NCBI GenBank assembly: GCA_951406725.2
Contig: OX597831.1
Span: 54,498,001-54,562,000, forward strand
Direction: 5' to 3'
Length of the DNA: 64,000 bases
Source: Octopus vulgaris
Taxonomy: Eukaryota
The position numbers and the translations under genes are program-made. This document shows positions 62,341-64,000 of the stretch, in pieces. The notes beneath the pieces are model-generated. The model was not told the DNA's origin. It saw only the letters and a program-made list of their open reading frames with translations, and did no database searches. Position 1 is the first letter of the stretch; each line of letters opens with the position of its first letter.

Positions 62341-63705
62341 TATAAAATTATGTCACAGTACATCAGGGGAGCAATGAATGACAAGCTATAAGAGAAGGAA
62401 AGAACCTTAAAAGTAAGAGAGGTTTGCCAGTGTTCTGTGACAAGAGGAGGAGAAGCATAAAGCATTCTAAATTGTGAAGCAGCATCAGTGTAAATTAAGA
62501 TGTCATTGTTGAAAAGCCTATGCGCAATGACAGCGGCACACTCTCCCTGATTGATGTGGAGAAAATGCTACACTGAGTATTTGGTGAATGAGGAGGGTAT
62601 GTGGCAGGGAGAGGAACTAGACTTGTTTAGATGTAACAAAAGATCCAGCTATCAGGGTTGCAGTGAAACTGTCATTGGCCTGGTCACAGTAGTGAGATGA
62701 AAATTTTGACACCTTAGGAAATAAATGAAAGTGAGTCTAACAGTTTTTGTTTATTTTTAGATGGCTAAAATGGATCTTCCATGTTGTAACTGCCATATTC
62801 TCTCCCTCATTCTTTATCTTTCTCTCTCCTCACACACACACATGCATACGCACACACGTACACAAATTGTGCATACACATAGACACACACTGTAAATGAA
62901 TTTTAAAAGAGAATTTTGCTCATAAATACTGTAAGCTTGCATTTTGTATATTTAATGAAGAACAGTCTTTCACAGTGAAGAGTTTGGCACTACACTCTCT
63001 AGGTGGGTTACATGTTGTTTTCTAACTACTGAACATCATCTATTATTCATATCAACACATTTTCACCATGTTCCCTTCCTCCCTTGGTACCTTCACAGTG
63101 AGCAATGGCAGTTTAGCCTTCAGTTTCTGTAACAGGAACGAGATTCAGCTAGACATAACAGGTGACTAATTGTTTTGTTTTATCATTTGAAATGTTATGG
63201 CTGAATTGTTAAAGTTTGATATAATGGCAGTCGGCTTATGTGTTCCAACTCTGACAGCGTGCTTAAAGAATGCAATAACTTAGAGGTTATGAAGATAGAG
63301 AGGAATTGTGAAGTATTCTGCAGGTCATTTGTTGTAACCAGATTTGATTTTGTGCCAACAAGAAAAATATCAAGACTAATCTTTTTGCGATGCCCAACCA
63401 TGAGCTAATGAGGAGGCTTGTTTATGCAGTTGCTTGACCTACTAGAAATAACATGCAAATCTTCCTCAAATCACAACCTACCATCTTCACCCCTCCACCC
63501 CCCAATCAACAGAAAGAAAGGCTGTGAAATATCTGATGATCTTATGCCTGAAAATATGAGTTGGTTACCACTGGAATGCATTTCATTGTATCATCTCTGC
63601 TGCTTCAGAGCTGGCTTGAAACTAAGCAACAGGTCCTAATGCAGTCTATTACCACAATAATACAGTCATTTAAAGCTGTTATTTCAAAATTGTTCTTCAT
63701 GAATA

Positions 63706-64000
63706 GGCATTGGTGTGGCTGTATAGCAAGGGAAGTTTGCCTCCCAACCACATGGTTCTGGGTTCAGTCCCACTGCATGATAGCCCCAATCTGACCAAAG
63801 CCTTGTGAGTGGATTTAGTTGATGGAAACTGAAAGAAGTCCGTCATATGTGTTTGTGTGTGACTTTTTGTTCCACTCCATCACTTGATAACTAGTGTTGG
63901 TTTGTTTATATCTCTATAACCTAGTGGTTCAACAAAAGAGACGGATAAAGTAAATACTAGAGTTTTAACAAAATAAGTACCGGGGTTGATGTGTTCAACC
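63706..64000 (+). mobile_element. SINE family A, runs off the window end
   Basis: CCAACCACATGGTTCTGGGTTCAGTCCCACTGC head and body. Confidence 0.82.

Overview
AT-rich, repeat-dense eukaryotic DNA. The SINE families and (TA)n/(CA)n microsatellite load resemble an octopus or other coleoid cephalopod genome (inferred, not verified). The window appears to be mostly intron of a + strand type I phosphatidylinositol-4-phosphate 5-kinase gene (PIP5K1-like). One clear coding exon lies at 57119-57241 (KIGHRRVDESGVVTYKK) and a likely 41-nt exon at 43917-43957. The rest is mobile DNA: a near full-length CR1/L2-group LINE (11673-15858, -), two Tc1-type transposons with TIRs and TA TSDs (one with DD36E spacing), a hAT element with an 8-bp TSD, a non-autonomous Helitron, piggyBac MITEs and a relic transposase, RTE-type LINE relics, several tRNA-derived SINE families and long microsatellites. 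Most notable is the LINE/SINE system. The LINE ORF1 combines a Myb/SANT-like (trihelix) domain with a CCCH finger, and its 5' UTR has tandem monomers. Its 39-nt 3' terminal motif is shared with the dominant SINE, with two compensatory base-pair changes in a hairpin. A tail-only insertion of that motif carries a perfect 37-bp duplication. All domain and family calls were made by eye; no searches were run.
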